From: Pseudomonadota bacterium
GTDB taxonomy: Bacteria > Bdellovibrionota > FAC87 > UBA2466
Direction of reading: 5' to 3'
Assembly (NCBI GenBank): GCA_043718025.1
Contig: JAYSWN010000093.1
Span: 1 to 31,178 of the forward strand
Length of the DNA stretch: 31,178 nucleotides
The position numbers were made by a program, and so were the translations under genes. Shown in pieces: positions 1 to 9,160 of this stretch. Positions within the stretch are counted from its first letter, which is position 1, and each line of letters starts with the position of its first letter. The notes under the pieces were generated by a model that had not been told where the DNA came from, did no database searches, and worked only from the letters and a program-made list of their open reading frames with translations.

Positions 1-2
1 CT

Positions 3-2996
3 TCGGTACTCCAACTCAATTCGGCCCTTGCGCTTGCCCAAGAGGCCGACGCCGAGAAACTGCCCGAGATCTTCACCCAGATTTTTAGCATCTCCCACAT
101 GCTAAAAGGGGCCTCGCGTGCGGTAGGTGCCAGTTTAGTGGAGTCGATCACCGGTCGGATGGAAACGCTGTTCTACCGCCTGCAGTCGGGCTCGGTGCCC
201 AACGCCGAAGGGTTGAATGAACTGATTACCGATTGTGTGGACTACCTCTCCCATGCCGCCGATGACCCTCCCCCATCCCCTGAACGCCCAAATGCCATCA
301 TCGCACGTCTAGAAACTTTTTTGAGCCAGGAGACTCCCGCGGAAGGCGTTCCCGATCAACTGCGCATGGAGATTGCCCAGACATTTTTTATCGAATCTAA
401 CGAACAGTTAAACCACCTGCGTACGCTATTCACCAATCCCGAGGCCGATGGTTCTACGCGTGCGGTAACTCAAGACGAGATGGAAGACGCTTTTCGCAAA
501 GCCCACACGATGAAGGGCGGAGCCCGCCTGATCGAATATCACGGTCTTGAAAACCAGGCGCATAGCCTTGAAGAGATACTTTCTCAGCTAAAGAGTGGTG
601 CCGCCACACTCGATGGCGACGTGGTCACTAAAGTGTCACGTCTTTTGGATGGCATCGAAAACAATCTGGTCAACGAACAAGAAAAGTTGGCTACCCAACT
701 CGCCTCGGCCTCAAAATACCGCCCCGATGTCGAAGATGAACCCATCGATAGCTCGGAAATACCGCCAGAGCTCGATTCGATGGAAGCCACTTTAGACTCG
801 CTTTCGGAATTGACCAATGTACCGATGGTTGAAATTCCTTCAAGCCTCGAAACTGAACTAAGTGCGGTGCTACAGCAAATGGAGGTTGAGTCGATTCCGA
901 CCGCTCTAGAGTTCCCAAGCGACTCCCCCGCTGAATTGGTTGCGGAATCCGATCCCATAGAAATCGAAGCCGAGCCCGTTGTCGAAGCCGCGCCCGTTAT
1001 CGAAGTCGCGCCCGTTGTCGAAGCCGAGCCCGTTATCGAAGCCGCGCCCGTTATCGAAGCCGCGCCCGTTGTCGAAGCCGCGCCCGCTCTACGCCTTGTT
1101 CCTCCTCCACCGGTTAAAAGCCCGGATGGGTTGGATACGGCAAGTAATCTGTTACGTGAATTTAAAGCGCCCCAACCGCCGCCGCAAAGAAACGCCGAAC
1201 AACTTCGCGCGGCAATTCCTCCCTCACGCAACGAAGCGGTGAAGATTCAACTCGAGAATTTAGATCCGCTTTACAAGGCAGTGGTAGCGCTGCATCAGGA
1301 AGTGCAAGTTCAACAAACCGTTACCGATTCAATTAAGGGGGTCAGCCTCAGCGTTGTCGAAATACGCGCCGACTGGGAAAACACCCGTCGCCAGGCAGCC
1401 TCGCTACTTCGTAAACTGAGCTTAAGCGAAGATAGTAATCGAATAAGCCACTACTTTGATCTACTCGGCAAGCAGACCCGCGACCTACGCCATAAAATCG
1501 ATGCGTTGCTATTGAAACAACGAAAGGCGCAATGGGATCTGGGCATTCTTGCCCAAAAGTTAAAACGCGACGTGCGCCGCATTTATACGGTTCCCGCCAG
1601 CAACGTTTTTTTCGGCTTCCGCAAAATGGTGACCGATATTGCGACCGAAAGTAGAAAAGAAATCAACCTGGTCACCATTGGACTCGAGATCGAAGCCGAT
1701 CGCACTGTAATACAAGGACTAAAAGAGCCGGTGTTGCATATCGTACGCAACTCACTTTTTCACGGCATCGAACGCCCCGAAGACCGCCTAAAGGCCGGAA
1801 AAACTCGCCAAGGCACCCTCACCATTAAGTTGAGCAAAGAGACCACCTCGCTATGCGCCGAAATTATCGACGATGGAGCGGGCATCAATTTTGAAAAAAT
1901 TCGCCGCAAAGCAGTGGCGATCGGAAAATTTAGCGAAGACGAGGCGCGGAAGAAAAGCGAAGCCGAATTGATCGCGCTTATTTTTCAACCGGGCTTTTCG
2001 ACCGCCGACGACGTCAACAATATCGCCGGACGCGGAGTGGGCCTATCCGCAGTCCGTAAGTCACTCGAAGAGATAGGCGGTAAGCTCGAAGTCTCTTCTA
2101 AGCCTGGTAAGGGGTGCCGTTTCTTATTAAGAATTCCGCTTCACGTCTCAACTCAACCGCTAATCCTCTTTCAGGTGCAAAAGCAGACGTACGCCATTCC
2201 CGTAGCGGGCGTTTCGCGACTGATGCGCATCCCCAATGCCTCGCTGCAAGATAGGGGTGACAAGAAGCTCGTAAACACCAAAGACGGAAATCTCATCTTT
2301 AGGCCGATGCGCGAAGTTTTCGGTGCCAAAGCGGATACCGCGCAGCCCCCGGTTAACTGGTCTGGTCTCATTATTCAGGTTGATCAGCAAAAGGTTTTCG
2401 TGGCGGTAGATAGTTTCCTTGGGCATCGCGACGCGGTAATCAAAAAGTTGGGGCGTATCGCCGAAAACTGGGAGCTGATCTGTGGAGGCCTCCTCCTAGA
2501 AGATGGCCGGGTCGCCTTAGTGGTCGATCCTCGTAGCCTGGCCAAGCAGGTCATCGGCGGCACGACGGTGGCAACCAAACGAAACAGAGATCCCAACCCG
2601 CAGCGAGTCGAAGTAGACGCCAACGAGGTGGTCATAAAGCGGATTCTCGTGGTGGATGACTCCATTACCACCCGGACACTGGAAAAGAGCATTCTCGAAG
2701 CGCACGGCTATCACGTTGAGCTTGCCGTCGACGGCGAAGATGCGCTTACCCGCTTGAGGCACGAGGATTTTGATTTAGTGGTTACTGATCTCGAAATGCC
2801 TCGTAAAAATGGTTTCGAGCTATGTGCCGCAATGAAGACTGATGAGAAGATGAAAAAAATCCCCGTCGTCATGGTGACCTCGGTAGACAACCCAAAAGAA
2901 CGAGAACTCGGCTTAAATCACGGCGCCGACGCCTATGTGGCTAAGGGAAAATTCGACCAGACCGAGTTGATTCAAACTATCCGGCACTACCTATGA
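3..2996 (+). CDS. cheA: Hybrid chemotaxis-like histidine kinase (at least 2 Hpt, HATPase, CheW, C-terminal REC), WspE/FrzE-like; 5'-truncated by the window edge
   Basis: The frame is open from base 3 (SVLQLNSALALAQEADAEKLPEIFTQIFSISH-MLKG), so the Met at 99 is internal. Hpt motifs SHMLKG and AHTMKG; N box HIVRNSLFHGIE; G1 DDGAGI; F/G2 IFQPGFST..GRGVGL; CheW-like segment; REC domain ILVVDDS..VVTDLEMP..YVAKG. Confidence 0.95.
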   Translation, partial: SVLQLNSALALAQEADAEKLPEIFTQIFSISHMLKGASRAVGASLVESITGRMETLFYRLQSGSVPNAEGLNELITDCVDYLSHAADDPPPSPERPNAIIARLETFLSQETPAEGVPDQLRMEIAQTFFIESNEQLNHLRTLFTNPEADGSTRAVTQDEMEDAFRKAHTMKGGARLIEYHGLENQAHSLEEILSQLKSGAATLDGDVVTKVSRLLDGIENNLVNEQEKLATQLASASKYRPDVEDEPIDSSEIPPELDSMEATLDSLSELTNVPMVEIPSSLETELSAVLQQMEVESIPTALEFPSDSPAELVAESDPIEIEAEPVVEAAPVIEVAPVVEAEPVIEAAPVIEAAPVVEAAPALRLVPPPPVKSPDGLDTASNLLREFKAPQPPPQRNAEQLRAAIPPSRNEAVKIQLENLDPLYKAVVALHQEVQVQQTVTDSIKGVSLSVVEIRADWENTRRQAASLLRKLSLSEDSNRISHYFDLLGKQTRDLRHKIDALLLKQRKAQWDLGILAQKLKRDVRRIYTVPASNVFFGFRKMVTDIATESRKEINLVTIGLEIEADRTVIQGLKEPVLHIVRNSLFHGIERPEDRLKAGKTRQGTLTIKLSKETTSLCAEIIDDGAGINFEKIRRKAVAIGKFSEDEARKKSEAELIALIFQPGFSTADDVNNIAGRGVGLSAVRKSLEEIGGKLEVSSKPGKGCRFLLRIPLHVSTQPLILFQVQKQTYAIPVAGVSRLMRIPNASLQDRGDKKLVNTKDGNLIFRPMREVFGAKADTAQPPVNWSGLIIQVDQQKVFVAVDSFLGHRDAVIKKLGRIAENWELICGGLLLEDGRVALVVDPRSLAKQVIGGTTVATKRNRDPNPQRVEVDANEVVIKRILVVDDSITTRTLEKSILEAHGYHVELAVDGEDALTRLRHEDFDLVVTDLEMPRKNGFELCAAMKTDEKMKKIPVVMVTSVDNPKERELGLNHGADAYVAKGKFDQTELIQTIRHYL
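963..1088 (+). repeat. 18-bp tandem repeat x7 encoding [I/V]E[A/V][E/A]P[V/A] in the CheA linker
   Basis: Seven head-to-tail units of approximate consensus RTCGAAGCCGMGCCCGTT (963-980, 981-998, ... 1071-1088). Confidence 0.95.
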
Positions 2997-4072
2997 CCCC
3001 GTCCGATAAAAAAATTCGCGTCGTGCTGGTTGAAGACTCCCGCGTTATCGCTGAGTTGCTTACCGCGATCATCCAAAGTGATCCCCGCTTTGAGATTGTG
3101 GCCTCCTACGCCACGGCCGAAGAGGCGATCGCACAACTACCCTCAGACCTGCCAAATATCATTTCTATGGATATCCGTCTGCCCGGCATGAATGGTTTAG
3201 AGGCCACCCAGACAATTTTACGCCAATACCCAGTGCCGATCGTCATCTGCTCGGCCACGGCTTCCGAAGATAAATTTCTCTCAATGAATGCCCTGCGTGC
3301 AGGCGCCCTCTCTGTCGTAGAAAAGCCCGTTGGCCCCGCGCAAAAAAACTTTGGTGAACTCCGCGATAAGTACCTGACTCAGCTCGCCATTATGAGCGGG
3401 GTGCGGGTAATTAAGCAAAAAGCGATGCAGCGCCGTACCAGCGCAGAACCCGCGGGCAAGCCACCTCAAGTGATTCAGGGTAAATGGAGCTGCGTGGGGT
3501 TGGTGGCTTCGACCGGAGGTCCCTTTGCGCTTGCCATGCTTCTGAAGCAGCTTCCGAAAGACTTTCCCCTGCCAATTCTGCTGGTTCAGCACATGGTTCC
3601 GTCCTTTGTAGAAGGTTTCGTTGCTTGGCTAAATACTGTGAGCAACCTCCGTTGTAAGTTTGCCGAGAACGGTGAAACCCCGGTGATGGGTAATATCTAT
3701 CTGCCGCCCGCTGATCATCACCTCTTGCTTACAAAAAAGGGCTTGGAACTGACGCAGACCTCCCCGATTTGTTTCCAGCGCCCCTCGGGCACGATTTTAT
3801 TCCAGTCTATGGCCCAAACTATCGGCAACCAGTCGCTGGGGGTCCTGCTAACCGGCATGGGCGAAGATGGTGCGGCGGGACTCCAGGCGATCTTCAAAAC
3901 CGGCGGACACACAATAGCCGAAGATGAAACCACCGCGGTAGTCTATGGCATGCCAAAGGCCGCCGTTCAGCTCGGCGCCGTTCGCGATTTGCTGCCTCTG
4001 CACGAAATCGCCGATCGAATGATTGCCCTAACCTCGGGGCGTTTGATTACCAACGGTAAATCGGCCGCTTGA
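2993..4072 (+). CDS. cheB: Chemotaxis protein-glutamate methylesterase (REC + methylesterase)
   Basis: N-terminal REC (VLVEDS, MDIRLP, EKP); catalytic motifs ASTGG, VQHM, LTGMGEDG, VYGMP; ATGA overlap with the cheA stop. Confidence 0.96.
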   Translation: MTPSDKKIRVVLVEDSRVIAELLTAIIQSDPRFEIVASYATAEEAIAQLPSDLPNIISMDIRLPGMNGLEATQTILRQYPVPIVICSATASEDKFLSMNALRAGALSVVEKPVGPAQKNFGELRDKYLTQLAIMSGVRVIKQKAMQRRTSAEPAGKPPQVIQGKWSCVGLVASTGGPFALAMLLKQLPKDFPLPILLVQHMVPSFVEGFVAWLNTVSNLRCKFAENGETPVMGNIYLPPADHHLLLTKKGLELTQTSPICFQRPSGTILFQSMAQTIGNQSLGVLLTGMGEDGAAGLQAIFKTGGHTIAEDETTAVVYGMPKAAVQLGAVRDLLPLHEIADRMIALTSGRLITNGKSAA

Positions 4073-4507
4073 TGGAAAAACGAACGACGTCAAGGCGATC
4101 GCACCTACGACAAACGGAACTCCGAGCGAAGCCGGCCCCTTCAGAAACGCCAATATCACTCCATACAACCCCGTCGTTTCTAGTAGCACCAACGAAAAAA
4201 CGAACATCGTCACTTCTACCTTCGGCAAATGCGGGTTTTGGGCCGCCGCCCGTACCGCAGCAAAAAATCGAAAACCCAATCCTAAACCCAGCCCCGCCGT
4301 GGTCATGGCGAGTACAATCAGCGCCAACGTAAAAAGGTCAGACGAGAGTTCGGGTCGCCAAAAGGTGATTGTGCTCAGGGGTACCTTCGGATGGTGGAGC
4401 CGCCAATGGAGCATGAGCACGACGAGCAATAGAAACTGAAAATTGATGAAGGCAAACCATAGAAAAAGGGCGATGGTCCCCACGCTCTGTTTGTTATCCC
4501 TACGCAC
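4028..4507 (-). CDS. Small 4-TM membrane protein with an ATP synthase subunit c-like central hairpin
   Basis: GTG start with GAGGGG SD, 15 bp after the pepN stop; four hydrophobic segments; GLGLGLG...AQNP...LLETTGLYG. The ORF is likely real but its function is uncertain. Confidence 0.6.
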   Translation of the reverse strand: MRRDNKQSVGTIALFLWFAFINFQFLLLVVLMLHWRLHHPKVPLSTITFWRPELSSDLFTLALIVLAMTTAGLGLGLGFRFFAAVRAAAQNPHLPKVEVTMFVFSLVLLETTGLYGVILAFLKGPASLGVPFVVGAIALTSFVFPSSGRFTVGNQTPRG

Positions 4508-4522
4508 TGTACCCCCTCAAAT

Positions 4523-7117
4523 TCACAACAGCCTTTTTGGAAAATTCTTTTTGATCATCTTGGTGGCCTGCGCCTTTAGCCGCTCTGATTTTGAAGTCTG
4601 TCGAATTTCAGACGCCATTTGAAAAACATTTTCGGTGGCCAGCTCTTCGACGGTGGAGAGCAAGCGCGCCTTCACCTCTTCTCCCAGGCGATCTTCGGTG
4701 AGCAGAATGTCTTTTAATGACAGAGACCACTCCGCACTTTCCATCAACGAATTGTTCTCTTTTACAAGTCGCGCCCAGCGCGATGGCAAATCTTGCCCGC
4801 AAGACTTCGCCATTAAACGAATCTCCGCCGCCGCCTTCGGATTTTCCCACGCTCCATATGCGCCCTCGACCGCATTGCGGTAGGCATGACCGCGCGGAGA
4901 ATGAGTTTTACTCGCCACTTTCAAAACTTCGCCTGCCTGATCGGAACCAAGTTGAGCCACCGCAATACTTGCTTTGGCGGTATCATCGAGGCTTAAATCT
5001 CGGCGGCCTAGAATAGTGGCGAGAAAAGGCAGCATCTCTTTATTCGGCACTTTACCCAAAGTTCCCAAGACCTCAGCTTGAAAGAGTCGCCACCCCTCCG
5101 GATCAGAGAGGTAGACCGAAGAACTCTCGAATTTTATGGCAGAGCCGTGGTTGGGATCCTTACCGAAAACCATTTCGGCAAGACCGACCAACGTCGCGCC
5201 CAGCTTCTCCGGTAGAAAGCGAAAATACTTTTTTTGAAAAAAGACCAGCAAAGTGGCGCGAACGTAGGGAGAAGGTTCGGTTTGTAGCCAACGCGATAAT
5301 AACGCTTCGCTAGCTTCGTTTAGAGTCTTGCCCTGAAATAAAGGCTTCGCCACTTCGCGCGCCGCCCACAACCGAGTCAACGGATCCGGATCCGAGTTCA
5401 TTTGCCTCTCTAAGGTGGTAAGCGGTGCCGACGAATCCAATCTTACCAATACTCTGCCTCGGGGGTTCAAAGTGATCCACTCGGGTGCCTCAAGTAGCCC
5501 CACCACTTGTTCGGTCGCCGCACTTCCAGAAAGCCCCATCTCTACCGTCGCCGTTTGATGATAGGCCGGGGTGCTCGTGCGATGGAAAACCACCGGCATC
5601 CGAAACCGAAAAACTGACCTGTCATCGGCATGATTAGAACGCTGGCGAAGCTGCAAGGTATAAGCCTTTTTTTCTGCATTCCAGCTACCCTCTTGCGACA
5701 GAACGGGATAACCACGTTGAAAAATCCAACCCTTTTTGAACTCATCCAAATTTTCGCCGGAGGCCTTTGCCATCACCTCGAAAAAACCATCGTGCGTAGC
5801 ATTCTTAAAGGAGTACTTTTTGAGATAGTCGGTTAGCCCCTTCTTAAAGCTCTCTTCGCCCACGAACACCTCGAGAGTCTTAAGAACGTTGGCCCCCTTT
5901 TGGTAACTGATGGCGTCGAAAGCATCCTCAGTTCCGCTTTTGTTCTTTTCGACAATAGGGTGACTTCGCGGTCCATCTTCCTGTCGAAAATAGTCCTCCC
6001 ACACGCTTACGGCCGCGGCCAAGTCAGAATACTCATTATTGAAGAATGAAGTGGAGACTTGCCCTTGGATGTAGGTAGCAAAGGCCTCGTTGAGCCAAAT
6101 GTCGTCCCACCAGTTCAAGGTAACTAAATCTCCGAACCATTGATGAGCCAACTCATGCGCCGCCAAGCCAATGACTTTGTGTTGTTCGAGCGCCGACTTT
6201 GGATCAATGAGTAAAGTGCGTGCTTCGTTTTGAAAGGTGGCCGAAGTGTTCTCCATCCCGCCCCAAAGAAAGGTAGGTACGCCAACCACCGCATATTTAT
6301 CCCACGGGTATTTCACTTTCAGCATGGCCTCATGAAGATCCAGCAGTTTAGGCAACGACTTCAATAAATACTGCGCCTCGGCGGTCTTTTTACTACCCAC
6401 GTTTACCGAGAGTTCGAGCCCTTTGTGCCGTAGCGAAATTTTGGCGAGCGGAGCCACCGCTAAGGCGACAAGGTAAGTAGAGTGGGGCTTGCCCTGCCGC
6501 CAGTTCACCCGGTGCCACTTCTGTCCTGAATTATTGTAAGGCCGGTCGTAGGTCTGCCTGCCATTCGAAACCACACTGATACCGACGCGCGTCGCCACCT
6601 CAATCTCGGTGATGGCCTTGTCACTAGGAATGTCATTGCAGGGAAAAAAACGCCGGGCCCCTTCGGCCTCGAGTTGAGTAAAAAAAAGTACGCCACGGGC
6701 AACGTCATCCGGGTCGGTCACTTTGAATAGTCCGTAGTGGGCTTCATTCACTTTGGCGGTGTACTCAATGCGAATAACCAGCGGGCGCCCTTTTTGAATC
6801 GGTTTCTCTAAATCGATCTCTAAAAGTTTGCCGTCTTTCTGACGAAAGGTGAGTTCTTTTTTTCCAGCGCGAGAGAAGTAAACTTTTTGCACCGTCATCT
6901 CTTCGGCGTTCAAGATGATTTGGCTCGAGGTCTCTAACGCCCTTAGCTCAATTTCCACGCGGCCCCGAAAATCGGAGAGGTTAGTCTCGGGATCTAATTC
7001 CAGTTTAAGCGAGTAGCTTTGCACATCGATTGGTTGGACCTTAGGGGCTCCTACGGGGTCGGCCGCCGCCCAGAGCGAAAAAAAAAGGGCGAACATGAGC
7101 GAACATAATTTAAGCAT
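4523..7117 (-). CDS. pepN: Secreted M1-family Zn aminopeptidase with helical (HEAT-like) C-terminus
   Basis: Signal peptide; TQLEAEGARRFFPCND; GGMEN exopeptidase motif; HELAHQWFGD..WLNEAFA (HExxH-x18-E); SYQKG. Confidence 0.93.
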   Translation of the reverse strand: MLKLCSLMFALFFSLWAAADPVGAPKVQPIDVQSYSLKLELDPETNLSDFRGRVEIELRALETSSQIILNAEEMTVQKVYFSRAGKKELTFRQKDGKLLEIDLEKPIQKGRPLVIRIEYTAKVNEAHYGLFKVTDPDDVARGVLFFTQLEAEGARRFFPCNDIPSDKAITEIEVATRVGISVVSNGRQTYDRPYNNSGQKWHRVNWRQGKPHSTYLVALAVAPLAKISLRHKGLELSVNVGSKKTAEAQYLLKSLPKLLDLHEAMLKVKYPWDKYAVVGVPTFLWGGMENTSATFQNEARTLLIDPKSALEQHKVIGLAAHELAHQWFGDLVTLNWWDDIWLNEAFATYIQGQVSTSFFNNEYSDLAAAVSVWEDYFRQEDGPRSHPIVEKNKSGTEDAFDAISYQKGANVLKTLEVFVGEESFKKGLTDYLKKYSFKNATHDGFFEVMAKASGENLDEFKKGWIFQRGYPVLSQEGSWNAEKKAYTLQLRQRSNHADDRSVFRFRMPVVFHRTSTPAYHQTATVEMGLSGSAATEQVVGLLEAPEWITLNPRGRVLVRLDSSAPLTTLERQMNSDPDPLTRLWAAREVAKPLFQGKTLNEASEALLSRWLQTEPSPYVRATLLVFFQKKYFRFLPEKLGATLVGLAEMVFGKDPNHGSAIKFESSSVYLSDPEGWRLFQAEVLGTLGKVPNKEMLPFLATILGRRDLSLDDTAKASIAVAQLGSDQAGEVLKVASKTHSPRGHAYRNAVEGAYGAWENPKAAAEIRLMAKSCGQDLPSRWARLVKENNSLMESAEWSLSLKDILLTEDRLGEEVKARLLSTVEELATENVFQMASEIRQTSKSERLKAQATKMIKKNFPKRLL

Positions 7118-7255
7118 CCCCTTTTTTATCTTCTATCGCCGTCAGCGGCAATGATGCACCACATCACGGGGCAAGACCGAACCGCGCCGCTTACCGATTG
7201 GTCGCCCTTTTTAACGACGCCTTTGGCCCAACGTTCGAATCCCAACGTAGCGAGT

Positions 7256-7292
7256 TTGACAGCGCCCCCATTCCGCCTTTTTATCGCTGCCA
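7256..7292 (+). promoter_or_regulatory. Putative sigma70 promoter for mazG, probably leaderless
   Basis: TTGACA (7256-7261), 17 bp, TTTTAT (7279-7284), 8 bp, then ATG; no Shine-Dalgarno. Confidence 0.55.
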
Positions 7293-8069
7293 ATGAACTC
7301 AAAAAAGTCGCTGCCCCAGACTGCCCGCCTAATTGATATCGTGACCCGCTTGCGCCGAGAGTGCCCGTGGGACAAAAAGCAGACCCACCGCTCACTGCTG
7401 CCCTACTTAATTGAAGAGGCCCACGAAGCTCATGAGGCCATAGGATCAAAAAAACGAGACCTCATGCGCGAAGAGCTGGGCGACCTGCTTCTACAGATCG
7501 TACTTCATGCGGAACTCGCCAGCGAAACCAAAGCCTTTGATTTTGAAGCCGTCTCCAGAGGCATCGCCGATAAGATGGTGCGGCGCCACCCTCACGTTTT
7601 TGATAAGGCAAATTTTTCATCCAAAGGCCATTCTGCGCGCTGGATCGCCTTGAAGAAGAAAGAAAAACCCAACCGCACGCTGCTTTCTGGCGTGCCCCGC
7701 TCTCTACCGGCCCTGCAAGTAGCTTCCCGCTACGGAGAGATTGCCAGCTCGGTGGGCTTTGATTGGCCCAATTCAACCCAGGTGCTCGATAAAGTGAAAG
7801 AGGAGTTAGGGGAGTTTGAAGCCGAATACAAAAAAGGAAAGCGTGCAAAAAAACAGATGGAAGAAGAGATGGGGGACCTATTTTTTAGCTTAAGCAACCT
7901 CGCCCGACATTTGAATATCGACCCCGAGGCCTGTGCTAAAAAGGGGTCAAAAAAGTTTTTTAATCGGTTTACCGCAATTGAAAAGAGACTGGCGAAGCAA
8001 AAACGCGACAACACCACGCTTACCGTCGAAGAATGGGAAGCCGAATGGGCTCGGGTAAAAAAGAATTAA
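7293..8069 (+). CDS. mazG: Nucleoside triphosphate pyrophosphohydrolase MazG (two domains)
   Basis: LRRECPWDKKQT, EELGDLLLQIVLH, KMVRRHPHVF, GFDWP, EEEMGDLFF motifs. Confidence 0.96.
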   Translation: MNSKKSLPQTARLIDIVTRLRRECPWDKKQTHRSLLPYLIEEAHEAHEAIGSKKRDLMREELGDLLLQIVLHAELASETKAFDFEAVSRGIADKMVRRHPHVFDKANFSSKGHSARWIALKKKEKPNRTLLSGVPRSLPALQVASRYGEIASSVGFDWPNSTQVLDKVKEELGEFEAEYKKGKRAKKQMEEEMGDLFFSLSNLARHLNIDPEACAKKGSKKFFNRFTAIEKRLAKQKRDNTTLTVEEWEAEWARVKKN

Positions 8070-9151
8070 GTTCCGGCTACCGCGTTCTCTAAAGAGCCCG
8101 TCGACGACGACTGTTTTTTCTTTTCCAAATAAGGCAGGTAGTGGTTCTTGTAAAAGTCGGCCGTATTATCGCGGTACGAAGCCACCGCTCCAATCGCCGA
8201 AACAAACTTGATGTACCACCATGCCGTGTCTAGCTGATACGGCAAAAAACCGGCCCGGGCCCCATTGGGATAAAGGTGGTGGTTGTTATGCCATTCGCCC
8301 GTAATCAGTCCCGGCCAACGCTGATTAATGGAGTGATCTTTACGGTTAAAATCGATGCCTTCCTGACGCAAATCTTTGCCACTACCATGACCAGTGTAGT
8401 TAAACGTGCGCACGCCAAACGCCCAAACAAATGACCAGCCAAAGGTGGCAACGGCCAAGGCGTGCCCGCCCATTAAATAGAAAGTTCCGTACCAAAAAGC
8501 CCAGTTCAAAACAAAATGGGTGATCATAAAAAGCGGATGGCAAAGCGAGCCCCACTTTTTATATTGTGCGTAGCTGTTCACGTACATGCCGGTGTGTTCC
8601 ACCATGTTCGTCATTCGTTGGTATTCAACTTCGGATAAATCTTTGGCCACCGGCTGATGGGTCACATCTGCCAAAAAACAATACAACCAACCGCCATTCA
8701 CATTGTATGGATCACCGGCCTCCTCAGAAATAAAATGATGCACATGATGGGAAACGATGTACGTCTCTTCGGGAATAATCTTAATCACCAAATTGCGGGT
8801 GATGAATTTCCAAACTGCGCCCCAACCGCCCTCAGCAAAAACGTAACCGCGGTGCGTGCCGTAGCGATGGTAATAAATCGTACCGTGGGTTCCCAAAACG
8901 ATCATGCTGTAAATAAATCCCCACAAGGCCAACGGCAGAGTGAAGTACTTAAACAGAAAAATAAAAAAGGGGACGATGAGCAGGAATGAAGTTCCCCATC
9001 CCCACAAAGCCAGCCAGTTTTTTCGGTCGGCAAAAAGGTTCATCCGCGAAAAAAACTCACGTAAGACTTCACCATTTGAAGGCTTGTAAAAAACGCCTTC
9101 TCGCTCGTAGCCATATGTCGGAGGCTGCAGTACCCGATTTAAAAAAGACAT
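8066..9151 (-). CDS. Membrane fatty acid desaturase (delta-9-like)
   Basis: Three His boxes HRYGTH, HHVHH and GEWHNNHH, plus TM helices. Confidence 0.9.
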   Translation of the reverse strand: MSFLNRVLQPPTYGYEREGVFYKPSNGEVLREFFSRMNLFADRKNWLALWGWGTSFLLIVPFFIFLFKYFTLPLALWGFIYSMIVLGTHGTIYYHRYGTHRGYVFAEGGWGAVWKFITRNLVIKIIPEETYIVSHHVHHFISEEAGDPYNVNGGWLYCFLADVTHQPVAKDLSEVEYQRMTNMVEHTGMYVNSYAQYKKWGSLCHPLFMITHFVLNWAFWYGTFYLMGGHALAVATFGWSFVWAFGVRTFNYTGHGSGKDLRQEGIDFNRKDHSINQRWPGLITGEWHNNHHLYPNGARAGFLPYQLDTAWWYIKFVSAIGAVASYRDNTADFYKNHYLPYLEKKKQSSSTGSLENAVAGT

Positions 9152-9160
9152 GCCTAGAAA

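Noticed and set aside
963..1088. Possible CRISPR array
   Set aside because: The units are contiguous with no spacers, lie in frame within a gene, and no cas genes are present.
584..1242. ORFs 584-1231(-) and 979-1242(+) with repetitive translations
   Set aside because: Shadow frames of the cheA 18-bp repeat.
7227..7248. tRNA T-loop-like GTTCGAATCCC flanked by CCCAACGT twice
   Set aside because: The flanks cannot form a T-stem, and no cloverleaf or acceptor stem is visible.
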